Shown: positions 33,357 to 37,404 of the stretch, in pieces | Layout: each line of letters begins with the position of its first letter | Numbering within the stretch: the stretch's first letter is position 1 | Assembly: GCF_001194135.2 (NCBI RefSeq) | Contig: NC_068985.1 | Location: 1,535,079-1,572,482 of the forward strand | DNA length: 37,404 bases | Direction: 5' to 3' | Origin: Octopus bimaculoides | Taxonomy: Eukaryota | The notes under the pieces: model-generated | The model's input: the letters and a program-made list of their open reading frames with translations, nothing else | Told to the model about the DNA's origin: nothing | The model's database searches: none | Position numbers and translations under genes: made by a program

Positions 33357-33745
33357 TTATTTATTTATATATAAGAGCTAGACGTATATGAGGACTATGA
33401 TGGTGTGGCGTGAATAGAAAAAGACAACCACATATTTTAGGGCCAACCAAATCAGCGATGTCAAGAGATCTGCTCGATCTATTGTCACTGTAGTGAGTTC
33501 CTTTTGATGTTCGTGTGATGGGATTGTGATCAGAGAGGATTGGCGCCAATGGTAAGACAATCTGGTCATGTGATAAATGAGTAAATACATTTCTGAGGCA
33601 CACATACACACACACACCCACACACACACACACACATCCCCAGGCATGTAGTTTCAAACAAAAGATCTTCAAGAATGCACAATAGACATTGTTCAGTAGG
33701 TGATATGATGTAAACTTAACTAAGAAAAATACATTTCGAGAGATA

Positions 33746-33948
33746 CGTGGTCTGATCAATAAGTGCGATGGTCACGCGCTACACACCTTCCTTCCAAACA
33801 CTACTGTAAACAGCGGAAGTGAACTAGAACGTTAAAACTTAGTGCGCATGCACGACTGAATTTAAGGTCAATTTGTGCCGAATGGTTTCACTCTGCGTAC
33901 TTCAACTTCGTTACTAAGAAAGTCTGAATACTTATTGATCAGACCGCG
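33746..33948. mobile_element. mariner-type MITE (203 bp) with 19-bp TIRs and TA TSD
   Basis: TA|CGTGGTCTGATCAATAAGT ... ACTTATTGATCAGACCGCG|TA, with 1 mismatch. Confidence 0.9.
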
Positions 33949-34721
33949 TATAGATTGAAATAAAATCTATTTTTCCTAGAGAGAAATGGTACTGAAAACG
34001 TACTGCACACGTGAAGAAACATTCTAAAGCCTCGTCAGGCGGGCATATGAGATGGAATTTGAATTTATCAAACTTTCTCTGTGTGCGTGCGTGTGCGTGC
34101 GTGCGTGTGTGTGTGTGTATGTGTGTGTGTGTGTGTGTGCTTGCGTGTGTACTAAGATAGATAGATAGATCGATCGATCGATAGAGTGTATGCATGCATA
34201 TGTGTGCATATTTACACAGACTGGCGACAATAAATTCACACCAAGTTAACAGACTGTGGAATCTCGTAAAATTCAAATTTCTCACATTTTCTATAGAGCT
34301 GTCGCTAGAGAATGACTCAATACATATATTTTAATCTATACAGTGCTTTTTCAGAAACAATTTGTGTCCCAGTATGAAAAGTATATATTACAGTTTAATA
34401 TATGTGCCTCGAAACGTTTTTTCATTCAGTTAAGTCGATATTATTTTGAGTTAAATAGCACCGAATTATGTTCTTTGTGTGCTCTAGACATCTTTCAAGA
34501 CGTGTTCTTCACTCTTGGTTCTCTCACCCCCTCTCTCTGTATTGACAGGTCTTCATAAATTTTGAGGAATTTGAATATTATGAGGTTTAACAGTCAATAA
34601 ATGCTATTTCATTATACTACTGTGAGTATATACATACTTCAAATCTATTTCATTTTTCTCATTGACAAAACTTTGGGCAGTATGTCTATGAAGTACACCA
34701 CATTTGTAAAAGCAATTTCTA

Positions 34722-35134
34722 GGCGCAGGAGTGGCTGTGTGGTAAGTAGCTTGCTTACCAACCACATGGTTCTATGTTCATTCCTACTATGTGGCACCTT
34801 TTGCAAGTGTCTTCTACTATAACCTCAAGCCGACCAAAGCCTTGTGAGTGGATTTGATAGACGGAAACTGAAAGAAGCCCGTCGTATATATATGTGTGTG
34901 TGTGTATGCTTGTATGTGTGAATTGTGTGTGTTTGTGTGTCTGTGTTTGTCCCCCCAACATCGCTTGACAACCGATAGTGGTGTGTTTACGTCCCCGTAA
35001 CTTAGCAGCTCGGCAAAAGGGACTGATAGAATAAGTACTAGGCATCCTAAGAATAAGTCCTGGGGTCGATCTGCTCTACTAAAGGCGGTGCTCCAGCATG
35101 GCCACAGTCAAACGACTGAAACAAGTAAAAGAGT
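34722..35134 (+). mobile_element. Full-length tRNA-derived SINE with internal (TG)n and (AAAGAGT)-type tail
   Basis: GGCGCAGGAGTGGCTGTGTGGTAAG head (A-box-like TGGCTGTGTGG), degenerate B-box, central microsatellite, and a 3' body matching 12781-12932. Confidence 0.88.
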
Positions 35135-35757
35135 ACTTGTATGAAAATATAAATTCATTTTACTATATTTCCTTTGAAATATCTACACATGTGCACATAT
35201 TTCATTTTCCTCTCTTTCTCCCCCTTATTCTTTTACCTCTTCTTCTCCCATTATTCTATTCTATTACTCTATCACTCTCTCTCCCTCACTCCTCCCTTGC
35301 TCACGTGGCTCTCGCATGACCATCGGCCATCTTTCTTCTAACTTGTGTTTCTTTCTTTCTCTCCATTGTAGCTGAAACAAGAAAGACGTGTTCTTGTCTG
35401 TCTCCTGTCCAAGCTTGATTTACGTGTTCGCCACCACAACATCGTTTAGGCTTAGCAGCCCTTCCTGTTTGTTTTCAATATCCTGTTTGTGTTACCAATT
35501 TTGACCCTCCACAAAATCCCAAATTTTATTTAATTTGGTTTGCGGGAGCAACTGTTTTATCGAAAGCGTATATCGTTGTTAATTGCTCGAAATACGAGAG
35601 TAGGAAAACAGCCAACAACTGATGAAGGGTCGTTCATTATCTTGTTTGTCTTGTTTTCCATTTGTGTCTTTCGTTGTTCAAAAAATTAGTTCATAATCCA
35701 TGTACTCGTACTTTTCTTTTGTTGTACACGTTTCATGACGTCCTGTGCCCACATATG

Positions 35758-35762
<5 letters not shown>

Positions 35763-35809
<47 letters not shown>
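35763..35809. repeat. (TA)n microsatellite
   Basis: Visible array. Confidence 0.97.
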
Positions 35810-35812
<3 letters not shown>

Positions 35813-36360
35813 AAGGATTTTCCATCTGGTGATGAATTTTGTTATTGGAGTGGCTAGCTAGTGCTAATGCAAGTATTTTGCTGATAGTCTGGTTGTCAAA
35901 ACAGAACAGAATCTTCCGGAATTATTCGCATGAGACAAGAATTTCGTTTGTCGTCATGCTTCATTGCCCACAACTCCATCAGCTTCTATTGTCTTTATTG
36001 TCAAAAGCATCTTGTCTTTCGGACTGCTGAGCAGACATTAACACGTTGCTTATTGAACGACTCACCAGTTGCAGTTTGTCTGTATTATATTACTAATTCT
36101 TGGTTGCCAATGACAAATTCGATTGGACACATCTGGGTTGACGTCACACCTGCGACTTCTTTTGATCAGCTTCCAAGAATTACTACATATTTACGAAGAA
36201 AACAATTGGTCAAAATTTGCCCACATCATTCAAAGAATTTGCGGGTCAGTTGATGGGCTTCATTAGTTAGGCTTTTCATGAAGTCATCATCAGTTTGAAA
36301 AATCTTGCTTTGTTGTTTACTAAATTCTTCTAACTCAAAAACAATCCGAATTCAAATTAA

Positions 36361-36444
36361 CCCTTGCTGGTTTGGCATCTGCAGACTAGACTAGGGGCAA
36401 CACCCTGAAACTAGTCTAGTCTGCAGATGCCAAACCAGCAAGGG
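36361..36444. repeat. Perfect 34-bp inverted repeat with 16-nt spacer
   Basis: CCCTTGCTGGTTTGGCATCTGCAGACTAGACTAG (36361-36394) is the exact reverse complement of 36411-36444. Confidence 0.98.
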
Positions 36445-36626
36445 GAAGCTGCTGACCTCCCCTGTTCGAAGGTTATAAAGGACACAGGTTTCGTGTGTCA
36501 CATAGCTAGCTAGAGGCGATGGCTTCTTGGAGCTAATTCACGGCTGCTTTCGTCCTAATTTTGGGACTGCCATGTTGGATTGGCGATAACTATATATACA
36601 TATATATATATATGTATATATATATA

Positions 36627-36992
36627 NNNNNNNNNNNNNNNNNNNNNNNNNNNNNNNNNNNNNNNNNNNNNNNNNNNNNNNNNNNNNNNNNNNNNNNNNN
36701 NNNNNNNNNNNNNNNNNNNNNNNNNNNNNNNNNNNNNNNNNNNNNNNNNNNNNNNNNNNNNNNNNNNNNNNNNNNNNNNNNNNNNNNNNNNNNNNNNNNN
36801 NNNNNNNNNNNNNNNNNNNNNNNNNNNNNNNNNNNNNNNNNNNNNNNNNNNNNNNNNNNNNNNNNNNNNNNNNNNNNNNNNNNNNNNNNNNNNNNNNNNN
36901 NNNNNNNNNNNNNNNNNNNNNNNNNNNNNNNNNNNNNNNNNNNNNNNNNNNNNNNNNNNNNNNNNNNNNNNNNNNNNNNNNNNNNNNNNNNN
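36627..36992. other. Assembly gap (N run) flanked by (TA)n
   Basis: N bases. Confidence 1.
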
Positions 36993-37339
36993 ATTTGTAT
37001 ATATATATATATATACACACACATATATATACACTCATACGTCCACATTTATACATATGCACATACGTACCCACGCATATACAAATATACACATATGTGT
37101 GCATGTCCCCATATATACATATGTATCTATTTATATATACACATGTATAAATAGAAATAGACTCATACACATACACATAGCTATACATCTACGCCTATTA
37201 CCTAATCAAATAAACAGATACGCATATACATATACATACATGTATACATACGTAAACACACGCATGCATATACACACATACATACAAATACATACATACA
37301 CACAGATACACTCATCCACACACACACATATACCCATAT

Positions 37340-37404
<65 letters not shown>
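36993..37404. repeat. (CA/TA/CATA)n low-complexity tract ending in (TA)n
   Basis: Visible arrays. Confidence 0.92.

Noticed and set aside
35540-35640. GAGCAA/TTGCTC-GAAA stem plus a downstream CTGATGA as a third hammerhead
   Set aside because: The core elements are in the wrong order or missing upstream of the stem; too degenerate to call.
860-37188. Numerous ORFs rich in YIHT/CVCM/MYVC/M-runs or X-runs
   Set aside because: They are translations of microsatellites and N gaps, not proteins.

Overview
AT-rich, microsatellite-saturated animal genomic DNA from a gapped assembly (five N-gaps, each flanked by simple repeats). The SINE and MITE families resemble those I recall from Octopus genomes; that is an inference from memory, not a database match. 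I found no supportable host protein-coding exon, tRNA or rRNA gene, or CRISPR array. Most long ORFs in the track are translations of (TA/TG/CATA/GAT)n repeats or N-runs. The window is a transposon graveyard. DNA transposons: a near-complete degenerate hAT (Tip100/ZMYM1-like) transposase at ~7.3-9.75 kb; a full-length mariner with TIRs, TA TSD and a frameshift-free D,D34D frame at 22291-23573; a second mariner fragment; pogo/Tigger relics; a Tc1-like 3' end; and several MITEs. Retroelements: RTE-type LINE 3' ends (one with a C2H2 finger), Penelope-like ends carrying decayed hammerhead-ribozyme motifs, several tRNA-derived SINE families, and one clean plus two probable solo LTRs. The most unusual structures are a perfect 34-bp-stem hairpin (36361-36444), a ~550-bp fold-back palindrome (21711-22268), the hammerhead relics and two convergent LTR-like promoters (27.7-30.2 kb). 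I see no convincing evidence of a new multi-gene biological system.
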